Shown: piece after piece, positions 47,832 through 57,154 of the stretch
Layout of the letters: every line of letters begins with the position of its first letter
How positions within the stretch are numbered: the stretch's first letter is position 1
Assembly (NCBI GenBank): GCA_031547085.1
Contig: JAVBSH010000085.1
Location: 21,579-85,578, forward strand
DNA from: Bacteroidales bacterium
GTDB taxonomy: Bacteria > Bacteroidota > Bacteroidia > Bacteroidales > UBA4181
DNA: 64,000 bases
Direction of reading: 5' to 3'
Made by a program: the position numbers and the translations under genes
The notes under the pieces: generated by a model
What the model saw: the letters and a program-made list of their open reading frames with translations, nothing else
Told to the model about the DNA's origin: nothing
The model's database searches: none

Positions 47832-50800
47832 ATGAATATAATGGGTTATATAACTAAAAATACAATTTTGTCGTTCCTGTTCCTGTTACCTGTTTTGCTG
47901 GTGGCTTGTGTGGATGATGATAACTCCGGAGGAAAAGGAGGTGCAACGGAGACTGACGCCCGGGTGAAAATGATCTTACAGATGCCCTCTTCCTCTTCCC
48001 CTCAAACATATTCCATATCAAAGATCGATGAGAATCAGGTGGAGACCATAGACGTACTGGCGTTCAAACCTGTACCGGTAACCATGCTACACCCTTCAGG
48101 ATGGTCGTATGCATATAGCGCTCCGGGCACTTCCATCACGGAAAATCCAGATATTAATCTTTACGGAAGAGAAAAACAGTTTACCGTTACATTAAAAAAG
48201 GATAATTCCCAGAATCAGAAGCTTGTCATTTTAGCCAATGTGCGTGATCAACTCGAAGGTTTAGGGGATATAGCCATAGGCGCCGACAAGGATGCGCTGC
48301 TGGCCCGCCTGGAGTATTCCAACGCTTCCCCCTGGAATGCCAACAACGACTTGCCCGAAGATGACTCGAACAAAGACTTTACCCTTTTCCCCATGTGGGG
48401 GGAAGCAACTGCGATCATAAACGATGCCCTTCCGGAAATTACGGGTGTACAGATGCTCCGTGGAATCGCCCGGATAGATGTGGTATTGGCCGATGCCGTT
48501 ACCAATTTCACGTTGAATGAGGTACATATCTTCAATCCGAAAACCAAAGGGAGGATCGTTCCCGACCCTAATAACATGGACGAGAACAGTAGTTTGGCCA
48601 AAGTAAAGGCTGCAACCCTCCCTCCCGGGAATCTAAATTTGCCCGAAGTCCAGGGCTTGGAATACCCCCACCTGGAATATCCCGTTCCGGCAGGGATGGA
48701 AAGGGTCTTCGAACGTACCATGTACCTGTTCGAGGCGCAAGGGGCTGCGCCCGGCAAAAGGTTGGAAGCTACTTGTATCGTGGTGGGTGGAACCTACGAT
48801 CAGGACACTTCCCCAAGCTTTTACCGTGTTGATTTCTTCAAAAAGGACGGCAACGGGGCGAATACGAACGAATACCGGGACATCCTGCGTAACCATTGTT
48901 ACCGGGTCAATATCACCAAAGTATCGGGCACCGGTCATCCTACGCCCGAAGACGCTTTTAAGTATGACCCTATCCGCATGGAAGTCGATGTGACGGATTG
49001 GGACGAGGGCGCCATGGGCAATGTAACCTTCGACGGGCAATACCTGCTGTCGGTCACTCCCGGTGAGTTCTCGTTCAGCAAGGAAGCCATTTCTACAGCC
49101 AGGGCACAGAACAGGCTGACCGTTTATACCGACCATCCCGACGGGTGGAGCATTGAGAAAATAGTGGATGCATTGGACAGTCCCGTGGATTGGGTTTCGG
49201 TAAAGGATGTCACCACTGGCGCCAATGTTACCAACGGATCGTCCGGGGAGAAAGCGAACCTCTGGCTGGATGTGGAGGAAAACACCGGAAATCAACGTAT
49301 GGCGCAGATACATATTGCAGCCGGTCGCATGCGCTACATTGTACTGGTTGTGCAAAAAAACACCTTGCCGGATGCAAGCCTGTCCATCATCGACCCGGCT
49401 ACCGGAAAAGAAATTACCGAACTGCTCTTCGCTTCAACCAATGATGTTGTTCCCGCTTCCCACCAGTTTACAGTCAACTGGCTTCCTGCTTCGGCCGGTG
49501 TGACGGTAACCACCTCACCACAGGGGAGTAACCCGGACTTTGAATTCCATACTGGTTCGGATGTTGTCTCTACAGGAACCATTCCGGGAGGAACGGGAAG
49601 CAAAACCTATACCATCCAGCCGCCAGTCATCAACAATGTGTCCAACCCGTTTGTGGAAAGGATCACTAAAGCGGAATATACCGTGTCGGATGGTGTGAAA
49701 TCAGCCACCAGGAGTATCTACCTGCGTCAACTGGTGTATCATCTGAAGGCGACTACGGAGAGTTTTTACTTGATGGACGGCGGAGAACATTCGTTTACAG
49801 TGAAGTCCAATTACCCGTGGAAAGCGGAAATAATTGAAACTGGCAGTGAACCCGGTAAGGATGTAGTTACAGGTCTTATCACCAATTATGGAGATGCCAA
49901 TACCACCACCGGCGTTCAGGTGAGGTTCATGACAACAAACGATTTAAGCAATCAACAAATATACCAAGGTACTGCCAGAATAAAATTCACTAATTTGTAT
50001 GATGAAAGCATCACGGAAACAGTAGATTTGAACTGTATCAACGCAATCGTTATGGGCGAATCGAATTGCTATATGGTCAAACCGGGCGGTTATAAAATCC
50101 TGATCCCTGTTAGCCGTGCCAATGCCGATGGAACGACACGAATAGGAGTCAATGATATATTAACTCCGGAACTGCTTTGGACGGATCATCCGGGTGGTGT
50201 AAAAGCGACTTCCAACAAACCTACATCAGCCATCGACCGGATTGGAACTTTCGGAACTGGTGACAAAAGATATATTTCAGTATACCCCGGAGTGGCAGAA
50301 GGTAATTCGGTTATTGCAGTCAAAGTAAATGGAGGAATCAAATGGAGTTGGCATATCTGGACAACAGCTTTTACCAGTGACCTATATGATTACAAATATG
50401 AGCCATTGGCAACGCCCCAGAAGACTAAATTGTATAATAACTATACTTTTCTGGATCGACATATTGGAGCGCTTACCGGGTTTACCACAAACACGAATAG
50501 TGATTACGGCAAAACCGGTTTGTTTTATCAATGGGGACGTAAAGATCCTTTCCCGTCATCAAATTCTACGACAGAACCCGGGCTTTACGATATGAGTGGT
50601 GTACGGTCAACCAGTAGAATCTCAAAAAAAGTAGCAGGCGGTACGCTGGCGCTTTCTATTGCGAACCCGGCGACTATCTACAACAATAATTGGAATACAA
50701 ATAATGAAATGTGGGGGAATACCGGAGGAAAGACCGTTTACGATCCTTGCCCCCCAGGTTGGCGTGTACCTGCCTGGAGAGGAACTGTTTCTCCCTGGGT

Positions 50801-51050
50801 TGGTTTGGCCGGGAGTGGAAACTATAATAAAGGCCATACATGGGGAAGTGTGGGCTACTATCCCGCTTCGGGATGGAGAAACCAGAATGGTGCTCTTTCT
50901 TCACAAGTTGGAACTGCTGGATTTTCATGGTCAGCAAAAGGTAATAATACAACTGCAAATTATCTGTCTTTTTTTAGTTCCACAGATGTACGTCCAAGTG
51001 ATAGCAATCAAAAAGCATTTTCTTTTCCGGTACGTTGCGTTAAAGAATGA
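47832..51050 (+). CDS. minor/tip pilin paralog 3 with C-terminal lectin-like domain
   Basis: SNCY, WSWHIW, GLFYQWGRKDPF, DPCPPGWRVP, FPVRCVKE. Confidence 0.85.
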   Translation: MNIMGYITKNTILSFLFLLPVLLVACVDDDNSGGKGGATETDARVKMILQMPSSSSPQTYSISKIDENQVETIDVLAFKPVPVTMLHPSGWSYAYSAPGTSITENPDINLYGREKQFTVTLKKDNSQNQKLVILANVRDQLEGLGDIAIGADKDALLARLEYSNASPWNANNDLPEDDSNKDFTLFPMWGEATAIINDALPEITGVQMLRGIARIDVVLADAVTNFTLNEVHIFNPKTKGRIVPDPNNMDENSSLAKVKAATLPPGNLNLPEVQGLEYPHLEYPVPAGMERVFERTMYLFEAQGAAPGKRLEATCIVVGGTYDQDTSPSFYRVDFFKKDGNGANTNEYRDILRNHCYRVNITKVSGTGHPTPEDAFKYDPIRMEVDVTDWDEGAMGNVTFDGQYLLSVTPGEFSFSKEAISTARAQNRLTVYTDHPDGWSIEKIVDALDSPVDWVSVKDVTTGANVTNGSSGEKANLWLDVEENTGNQRMAQIHIAAGRMRYIVLVVQKNTLPDASLSIIDPATGKEITELLFASTNDVVPASHQFTVNWLPASAGVTVTTSPQGSNPDFEFHTGSDVVSTGTIPGGTGSKTYTIQPPVINNVSNPFVERITKAEYTVSDGVKSATRSIYLRQLVYHLKATTESFYLMDGGEHSFTVKSNYPWKAEIIETGSEPGKDVVTGLITNYGDANTTTGVQVRFMTTNDLSNQQIYQGTARIKFTNLYDESITETVDLNCINAIVMGESNCYMVKPGGYKILIPVSRANADGTTRIGVNDILTPELLWTDHPGGVKATSNKPTSAIDRIGTFGTGDKRYISVYPGVAEGNSVIAVKVNGGIKWSWHIWTTAFTSDLYDYKYEPLATPQKTKLYNNYTFLDRHIGALTGFTTNTNSDYGKTGLFYQWGRKDPFPSSNSTTEPGLYDMSGVRSTSRISKKVAGGTLALSIANPATIYNNNWNTNNEMWGNTGGKTVYDPCPPGWRVPAWRGTVSPWVGLAGSGNYNKGHTWGSVGYYPASGWRNQNGALSSQVGTAGFSWSAKGNNTTANYLSFFSSTDVRPSDSNQKAFSFPVRCVKE

Positions 51051-52183
51051 CAATGAGAAATAGAAAATTTCAAATATTATTTTGTCTATCGGCAGTCTTC
51101 GTTTTGACAGCTTGCATCGCCGAAGAGGACTTTGAGGAACCACAGGTTCTTCAAAGAACCCTCCTTTTCTATATGGGCGGCGACAATAACCTTTCGGGAG
51201 AAGTCGCCTACAAGATAGAACAATTGCAGGCGGTGGAACCTCCTCCATGCACCCGTGTACTCGTGTTCAAGGATACACGGAGCGGGAGTCCGCAACTGTT
51301 GGAATGGAAAATGGAGAATGGAGAACGAAGAATGATGCTTGTGCATGATTATCAAGAAAGTAATTCAGCATCACCTGAAGTCTTCGCGGATGTATTGTGC
51401 GAGGTGAGGGAAAATTATCCGGCGCCATCTTTCGGACTATTTGTCTTTAGCCACGCTTCGGGGTGGATGCCGGAAGGGACATACAACAATCTGGCATTAC
51501 GCTCCACTCCCCAACTGCGTTCCATCATCACCGACGGCCGATCGGAAATGGAACTCACCGGCTTTGCCGGAGCTATCCCCGACGGAATATTCGACTTTAT
51601 CGTGTTTGAGACTTGCTACATGGCAGGTATCGAAGTAGCCTGGGAAATGAAGGAGAAGACAAAGCACATCATAGCATCCTCTGCCGAGATTGTCTCACCG
51701 GGATTCTCAACTTGCTATGACAAAGCCCTGCCATTGCTCTACCGCAACGACCTTGAAGGATTTTGCCGGGCGGTCGAAGCTGATTACCGCACCCGTCCGG
51801 GCGACTACGGTTCATTGACCCTGAGTTTGATCAGGACGGAGGGATTGGACGGACTTGCCGCCGCCTTGCGGGGGAAAAAACCGCAGGAGAATGGCGGGGC
51901 TGTCCAGGTATTTGACCGCTACGGCGGTAGCCTGTTCTTCGATTTGGAAGACAGCTACAAGAATGTACTGACCGGACAGGAAACCGTCGCATTGCGGGCG
52001 GCTATTGCCGGGTGTGTCATCTGGAAAACGGCTACGGCGGCATTTATGCCTAACTACGGCGGCTTCAGTATTACTTCGCACAGCGGGCTGACAACCTACG
52101 TCCCGCAGGAGCAATACCCGAAGTTGAATGAAGCATACAAGAATCTGAAATGGTATAAGGAAGTATTGGATCATGAAAGATAA
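51047..52183 (+). CDS. clostripain-related C11 cysteine peptidase lipoprotein
   Basis: YMGGDNNLS, SHASGW, FETCYMAGIEVA, IASSAE. Confidence 0.88.
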   Translation: MTMRNRKFQILFCLSAVFVLTACIAEEDFEEPQVLQRTLLFYMGGDNNLSGEVAYKIEQLQAVEPPPCTRVLVFKDTRSGSPQLLEWKMENGERRMMLVHDYQESNSASPEVFADVLCEVRENYPAPSFGLFVFSHASGWMPEGTYNNLALRSTPQLRSIITDGRSEMELTGFAGAIPDGIFDFIVFETCYMAGIEVAWEMKEKTKHIIASSAEIVSPGFSTCYDKALPLLYRNDLEGFCRAVEADYRTRPGDYGSLTLSLIRTEGLDGLAAALRGKKPQENGGAVQVFDRYGGSLFFDLEDSYKNVLTGQETVALRAAIAGCVIWKTATAAFMPNYGGFSITSHSGLTTYVPQEQYPKLNEAYKNLKWYKEVLDHER

Positions 52184-52412
52184 CAAGAACAAAGAATACA
52201 GGATTACAGAAAAGAACTTTTTCTATGTGACGGTTGAGAACCAGCCGCCGGAACCGCGTTGGCTGAAAAAACTGCGGGACAATGTGCCGCGTTACAGCAG
52301 GTACGCCCTGTTGGCGGCGTTTGCCCTGTATGCTTTCCATACATGCGGGCAACGGATGGAATCCAATGATAAACAACCGGATGCCGTTTTGCGGCAGGAA
52401 AAGGCTGATTGA
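52173..52412 (+). CDS. small hypothetical membrane protein
   Basis: 79 aa, overlaps the previous stop, one hydrophobic segment. Confidence 0.4.
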   Translation: MKDNKNKEYRITEKNFFYVTVENQPPEPRWLKKLRDNVPRYSRYALLAAFALYAFHTCGQRMESNDKQPDAVLRQEKAD

Positions 52413-52566
52413 AATAAATGAAAACGAAAAAGGTAATAAAGGAAATTATGCGCATTACCGTACTATTGGTTATGCTCCCGCTACTGGTCGCGCTTTACCT
52501 CCTGATACAGGTCAGGGGATCACAGGTACTGCCAGGAAGGTGGGATGAATGAAAGGAAGAAAGAAT

Positions 52567-53553
52567 ATGAAACTGAAGCAAATAGATTTCAAGAAAATCC
52601 TTGTATGGATGTCGGTTCCCGTCCTGTTCTGGGGTGGTATCATCATCTTTTGTATGCAGGCGTGTTCGAACAGTCCGGCAACCCCGGCGCAGGGGCAGGA
52701 ACAGGGTTTACACGCTTTTCAAACAAAAGCGCAATCGTTCCGTCTGCCTGACATCCCCGGCAACCTGACCACTACTGAACAACGGGCGGGCTATCTGGCG
52801 CTCCATTATTGGGATCATTACGACTTTACCGACACCATCCGCATACACAGGCCGGAAGAAACGGAACAGATTTTATCCGATTATATCGCCATCCTGCCGC
52901 ATGTGAGCGGTCAAATGGCGCAAGCCTCCCTGTTTGAATTATTCTCCCAGGCGGAGAAAGAAAAGGGCATGTTCCTGTTTTTTGCCGGATTATTGGAGAA
53001 GTATCTGTACGACCCCAATTCCCCATTCAGGAACGAAGAATTTTACCTCCATGCACTGCGGTTCATCGACGTGTCACCCGCGTTGGACGGAATGCAGAAA
53101 ACACGTTTTGCTTACCAGTTAAAGTCCGTATTGAAAAACCGGAAAGGAACAAAGGCCGCCGATTTTACTTATACACTATCCGGTGGTAAGCAGCAACGGA
53201 TGTACGCCGTACAATCCGACTACCTGCTGCTGTACTTCAATAATCCCGGTTGCCATGCCTGTGAAGAAACACAAGCGGGGTTGGAAGCCTCGCCGGTAAT
53301 TTCGGAAGCCATGAAAAGCAACCGGTTGAAAATCCTCGCCCTCTATCCCGATGAAGATCTGACCGAATGGGGAGCTCACCTGTCCCGGATGCCTACGGCA
53401 TGGATTAACGGCTACGATGCCAACCAATCCATTAAAAACAAGGAATTGTATGACCTGCGGGCTATACCATCACTCTACCTGCTGGATAAAGATAAAACTG
53501 TCCTCGTCAAAGACGGTACGGTGGAACAGGTGGAAACTCTACTGGGGAGCTGA
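52567..53553 (+). CDS. DUF5106/thioredoxin-like (TlpA) protein
   Basis: HYWDHYDF, YLYDPNSP.RNEE.Y, PGCHAC, YDLRAIPSLYLLD. Confidence 0.85.
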   Translation: MKLKQIDFKKILVWMSVPVLFWGGIIIFCMQACSNSPATPAQGQEQGLHAFQTKAQSFRLPDIPGNLTTTEQRAGYLALHYWDHYDFTDTIRIHRPEETEQILSDYIAILPHVSGQMAQASLFELFSQAEKEKGMFLFFAGLLEKYLYDPNSPFRNEEFYLHALRFIDVSPALDGMQKTRFAYQLKSVLKNRKGTKAADFTYTLSGGKQQRMYAVQSDYLLLYFNNPGCHACEETQAGLEASPVISEAMKSNRLKILALYPDEDLTEWGAHLSRMPTAWINGYDANQSIKNKELYDLRAIPSLYLLDKDKTVLVKDGTVEQVETLLGS

Positions 53554-53613
53554 ATGCTTCGGATAAAGATGCGAAAAAAGAGAAAAGGAAATTAACAAAG
53601 AAGGAGAAACAAG

Positions 53614-54183
53614 ATGGCAGTAACAGCGTACCCATTTTTACACACCCGCCGGTCGGTGAGGAAGGGTTTTAAGAAAGCCATAGCTTCATACATACAGGCT
53701 TCCCATTATACTGGCCAGGCAAACTTTGTGTTCAGAATACTTGGTCTTGAGGCAAAAAACTGTACGGTAGGCGATTGCATCCGGATCATGATGGTTGACA
53801 GCCGGGAGGAACAGGCCTGGGCAATTGCCCGTGAGCTAAAGAAAATGCAATACTGGAAAGAGTTGTTGGACGGATGCCAGGCGAATATGGAAGAAGAGAG
53901 CGCCTGGGTGAAGGAAGAATACCGGCAACAGATCGATAAATCCCAACAGCGTATCAACCTGCTGCGGGAATCGGATTCAGAGGAAATTATCCGTTATTAC
54001 GAGAGTTGGAACCAGCAGCAGATACTGGCTGTTTATGCCGTGTGCCGCTACGAGATATGCCTGCCGGGAAATAACAGCAGCGAGGTGCGGACAGAAACTT
54101 TCATCCTGGCACCGGACGGGGAAACTGTTATCGGGAAAGAACCTTACGGGAAGTTGAGTCTGGCAAAGAGGAAAGTTAATTGA
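53614..54183 (+). CDS. hypothetical protein (paralog of 62452-62976)
   Basis: Shared CTV.D.I, LAVY..CRY.I..P and F.L.PDG..V.G motifs. Confidence 0.65.
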   Translation: MAVTAYPFLHTRRSVRKGFKKAIASYIQASHYTGQANFVFRILGLEAKNCTVGDCIRIMMVDSREEQAWAIARELKKMQYWKELLDGCQANMEEESAWVKEEYRQQIDKSQQRINLLRESDSEEIIRYYESWNQQQILAVYAVCRYEICLPGNNSSEVRTETFILAPDGETVIGKEPYGKLSLAKRKVN

Positions 54184-54204
54184 AATCATAATCAGGTACA
54201 GCCT

Positions 54205-55059
54205 ATGCTGGTATTTATACGGAAACTGAAAAAAGAATTGGAAGCGGAAATAAACCGCATCGAATCGACAGACGCCAACAGCCTGAAAAAGGCGTTGGAA
54301 GCTTCACATGTGTTGGGTAATGCCTTTGACAGGCTCAAAACCTTTGCCATAACCTACGATTTCCGCGACGAACAGGAAGAGATTTATTTCTTCAAAGAAA
54401 TCAAACCCGGCTTATGTTCCCATCTGATATACTACCGCAAGGTATATAACATCGAAATGAACCGCCCGGTGGGTAGTATTGAAGTGCAGCATGATTACCT
54501 GCTCCGGGAACTGGACAGGATACATGATTTCCAACAAAAGCGACAGGACTTTTACCGTTACATACGCTCTGGTGCCACTAACCTGGACAGTATCTATTTC
54601 CTGAGGGGGAAAACCGACATGGAATTGTATCTGGAGTCGTTTTATTACGAACGTGACCCATTGTTCTCCACCAACTGCGATTTCAAGGTAGCCCGGATAA
54701 AAGCAAATGATATGCTTCAAACTTTCATACAGGATGAACTGAAAGCCCTGAGTGCGGGACAGGCGGACGGCGTGGATTTACGGAATGTGAACCTAAGGTG
54801 GGAAACACAGAAAAATTACCTGATTGAACTCCTGTATGCGCTGGATACAGTGGGTGTTTTCGGCAAAGTTACTTTAACCAGGCTGGTAGCTTTTGCCGAA
54901 CAACTCCTGCGTATCGAATTGGGCAATGTGACAAGTATCTTCTCGAACATGAAAACCCGCGACCAGCCGACCCCTTTTCTGGATATTTTGAAAGAGGGTC
55001 TGCTACGGCGGATGAAACGCAAAGACGATGATAAAAATGATAAGAAACATTCGAAATAA
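54205..55059 (+). CDS. rteC: RteC domain protein
   Basis: EEIYFFKEIKP, FYRY.RSG.T.LD..YFLRG, DP.FST..D..VA.I.AN, LIELLYAL. Confidence 0.88.
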   Translation: MLVFIRKLKKELEAEINRIESTDANSLKKALEASHVLGNAFDRLKTFAITYDFRDEQEEIYFFKEIKPGLCSHLIYYRKVYNIEMNRPVGSIEVQHDYLLRELDRIHDFQQKRQDFYRYIRSGATNLDSIYFLRGKTDMELYLESFYYERDPLFSTNCDFKVARIKANDMLQTFIQDELKALSAGQADGVDLRNVNLRWETQKNYLIELLYALDTVGVFGKVTLTRLVAFAEQLLRIELGNVTSIFSNMKTRDQPTPFLDILKEGLLRRMKRKDDDKNDKKHSK

Positions 55060-55186
55060 CAAGAAGAATGCCTATGGAATAAAATAATCCGGTGGTAAAA
55101 ACATATCTTTTCGGCATACCCGCCCGCGAAGCCTATCCGCCTGTGGCTGCCGACATGACATATTCGCTTTTTTCTCAATTTAGGAA

Positions 55187-55316
55187 TCTGACAAATAAGT
55201 AAATTGGTAAGGGAAATCAGCGCGATGTTCATGCTATTTATAGCGTGGAGTTGCGCCAGCCTTACCAGAGCTTTGTCAGAGCTTCTAAATTGCTGCGTAA
55301 TATCCACGCTTTTTTT
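55187..55316 (+). promoter_or_regulatory. structured leader RNA candidate (copy 2)
   Basis: TCTGACAAA/TTTGTCAGA, TGGTAAGG/CCTTACCA, GCGCG/TGCGC; apical TTCATGCTAT/ATAGCGTGGA; then TCCACGC-T7. Confidence 0.6.
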
Positions 55317-55352
55317 ATTTCAGGTAAGGAAACAATTTAGAAATCTGACAAT

Positions 55353-55877
55353 ATGAACAATCTTCCCCAAATTAAAACCTACTCGTTCATTTCCCTGGAC
55401 GGGTTTGTATCAACAACTGACGGTGACATCGACTGGATGTTGGAATTTCCACGCCCCTCAAAAGGCGATTACGGATACCGCCGGTTCTGTGATTCAGTAA
55501 GCTGCTGTATGTTGAACTCCGTTTATCACAGCACATTATTACCCTACGACATCCGGCTGCTGCCGGATAAACCCTGCCATATCCTGCGGGCGGAGCCACA
55601 GGATGAAGAAGCGCTTCTCTCCGAAATGAAAGAGTTACAACGGCAGGCTGCCGGTGACCTGTGGCTGGCAGGCGACAGCCGTACTATCTCCCTGCTTCTG
55701 GAACACGGCTTGATCGACGAAATGACTATCGGCACTGTTCCGGTAACACTCGGTGGAGGCATGCCGCTATTCGGGTGTAACGGCATGCCGCCGCAGGATT
55801 TTTCGCTCAAAAACTGCCAACAGTACGATAACGGGGTGGTGATGCTGGAATACTGTGTGAACCGCCTGACTATTTAG
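55353..55877 (+). CDS. dihydrofolate reductase family (RibD C-terminal) protein, divergent
   Basis: ISLDGFV..DGDIDW, DYGY..F, GLIDEM..PVTLGGG.PLF. Confidence 0.8.
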   Translation: MNNLPQIKTYSFISLDGFVSTTDGDIDWMLEFPRPSKGDYGYRRFCDSVSCCMLNSVYHSTLLPYDIRLLPDKPCHILRAEPQDEEALLSEMKELQRQAAGDLWLAGDSRTISLLLEHGLIDEMTIGTVPVTLGGGMPLFGCNGMPPQDFSLKNCQQYDNGVVMLEYCVNRLTI

Positions 55878-55959
55878 TTTTTATATCGCTGTAAGACAGA
55901 CAGATACAAAGCATGGACACTCAGCACAGTATAGCTGTTTTTCCTGTCTGAACAGGTCG

Positions 55960-56007
55960 TTTTACCCGCATTTTACCCTTCAAACAAGGCAAAAATGCGG
56001 GTAAAAC
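55960..56007. terminator. hairpin/terminator
   Basis: TTTTACCCGCATTTT...AAAATGCGGGTAAAA followed by a T run. Confidence 0.55.
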
Positions 56008-56267
56008 TTTTTTTTGCACGATTTCATATTATTGAAAAAATCCAACATGACCAAATATTGATTTATATAATTGAATGACAGCATATTAGTCATTGTCTTT
56101 ATCGAGCCTGCACTGTGGTTTTTATATAGTATAACCACAAAACCTCAAAAAATAATTCCCGGAAAACAAATGGATTGCGGCAGGTTTGGATAAAAAGTCG
56201 CAATATGCACACTACCAGATATTTGTAAATGTCCGAACTTTGCACCAGAACATTATTCCCAGACATT

Positions 56268-56564
56268 ATGGATAATAAAGATTTTGAAGATTGGATGCGA
56301 ATTTTACTCGGACGCTTTGACAAGTTAGACAAGACGCTCGACCGGATGAATAAGCTCAAAGAATGCTTTGACGGTGATACACTCCTTGGCAATCATGATT
56401 TATGCAAGTTACTCGGAGTTACCAAGAGAACCATTGCCCGGTACCGGCAAAAGAAGTTACTCCCATATTATACGTATGATGATGGCAGGGTTTACTACAA
56501 AGCTTCAGAGGTTGAAATGTTCATGAAAAGAAAGGGAAGCCCCCCAAAGGAAGATACCACCTGA
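56268..56564 (+). CDS. excisionase-like helix-turn-helix protein
   Basis: LL.NHDLCKLLGVTKRTIARYRQ..LPY..VYYKASEV. Confidence 0.85.
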   Translation: MDNKDFEDWMRILLGRFDKLDKTLDRMNKLKECFDGDTLLGNHDLCKLLGVTKRTIARYRQKKLLPYYTYDDGRVYYKASEVEMFMKRKGSPPKEDTT

Positions 56565-56589
56565 TTAAACTCATGTTCAAGCGAATATC

Positions 56590-56628
56590 AAATAGACCCA
56601 TGCGTGTAGCATCCGGGTCTATTTTTTT
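56590..56628 (+). terminator. intrinsic terminator
   Basis: AAATAGACCC...GGGTCTATTTTTTT. Confidence 0.65.
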
Positions 56629-56683
56629 GATTCATATAGATTTGCATAGTTAGAACATTAGGTTTCAAGAACTGCTATATATA

Positions 56684-57082
56684 AGCATCTCCATCCCGAC
56701 AGTGTTCTGCCCTTTCAAATGGCAAGGCAGGACGCTGACAGGCGGCGGAATGATCAATCCCATCCCGCTGGACCGGGTGGCCCGTATGGAAGGAGACATC
56801 TTGGTGGGAGTCATGGTCAGCATGCTTCCTGCCACCGAAACTCCCCAGCAGCCTACCCGGAGTTTGAATCATTTTCAGTTGCTCACGCAGTCGTCCACAA
56901 TCATGATACAGAAAATAGCCCGACTGTCGATAGAACATCACCGGCCGGACCTGCTGATTACCATTCCATGCAGGAAGTACAGCATCTTCCAGTTCCATCA
57001 ATCAGCACATATCATCGAGGAAGGTGTGCGCATGAGTCGGAAAGCTATTCGGGTGTATTTACAATCGTCTCGTCTTCCATAG
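56684..57082 (+). pseudogene. patatin-like phospholipase C-terminal remnant
   Basis: ASPSRQCS/SIP.VF.P region, degenerate DGG (TGGGMINPIPL), PDLLITIP; no N-terminal GxSxG domain. Confidence 0.6.
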
Positions 57083-57154
57083 GATGCAGTTGAGCTCCGC
57101 TGAGCGTTAGTTCGCATGTGAATATGTATGCGAACCGACGGTAAAACTTTTAAA

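Larger units (their letters stand above)
17149..56630. mobile_element. ICE/conjugative-transposon-derived island (boundaries approximate; no tra genes in the window)
   Basis: DUF3945/DUF4099, topoisomerase III, PRTRC, RteC and excisionase-like HTH are typical of Bacteroidales ICEs; att sites not identified. Confidence 0.55.

Noticed and set aside
47600-51050. Diversity-generating retroelement acting on the pilin C-termini
   Set aside because: The domains resemble known DGR target folds, but the window has no reverse transcriptase and no adenine-variant template repeat; action in trans cannot be excluded.
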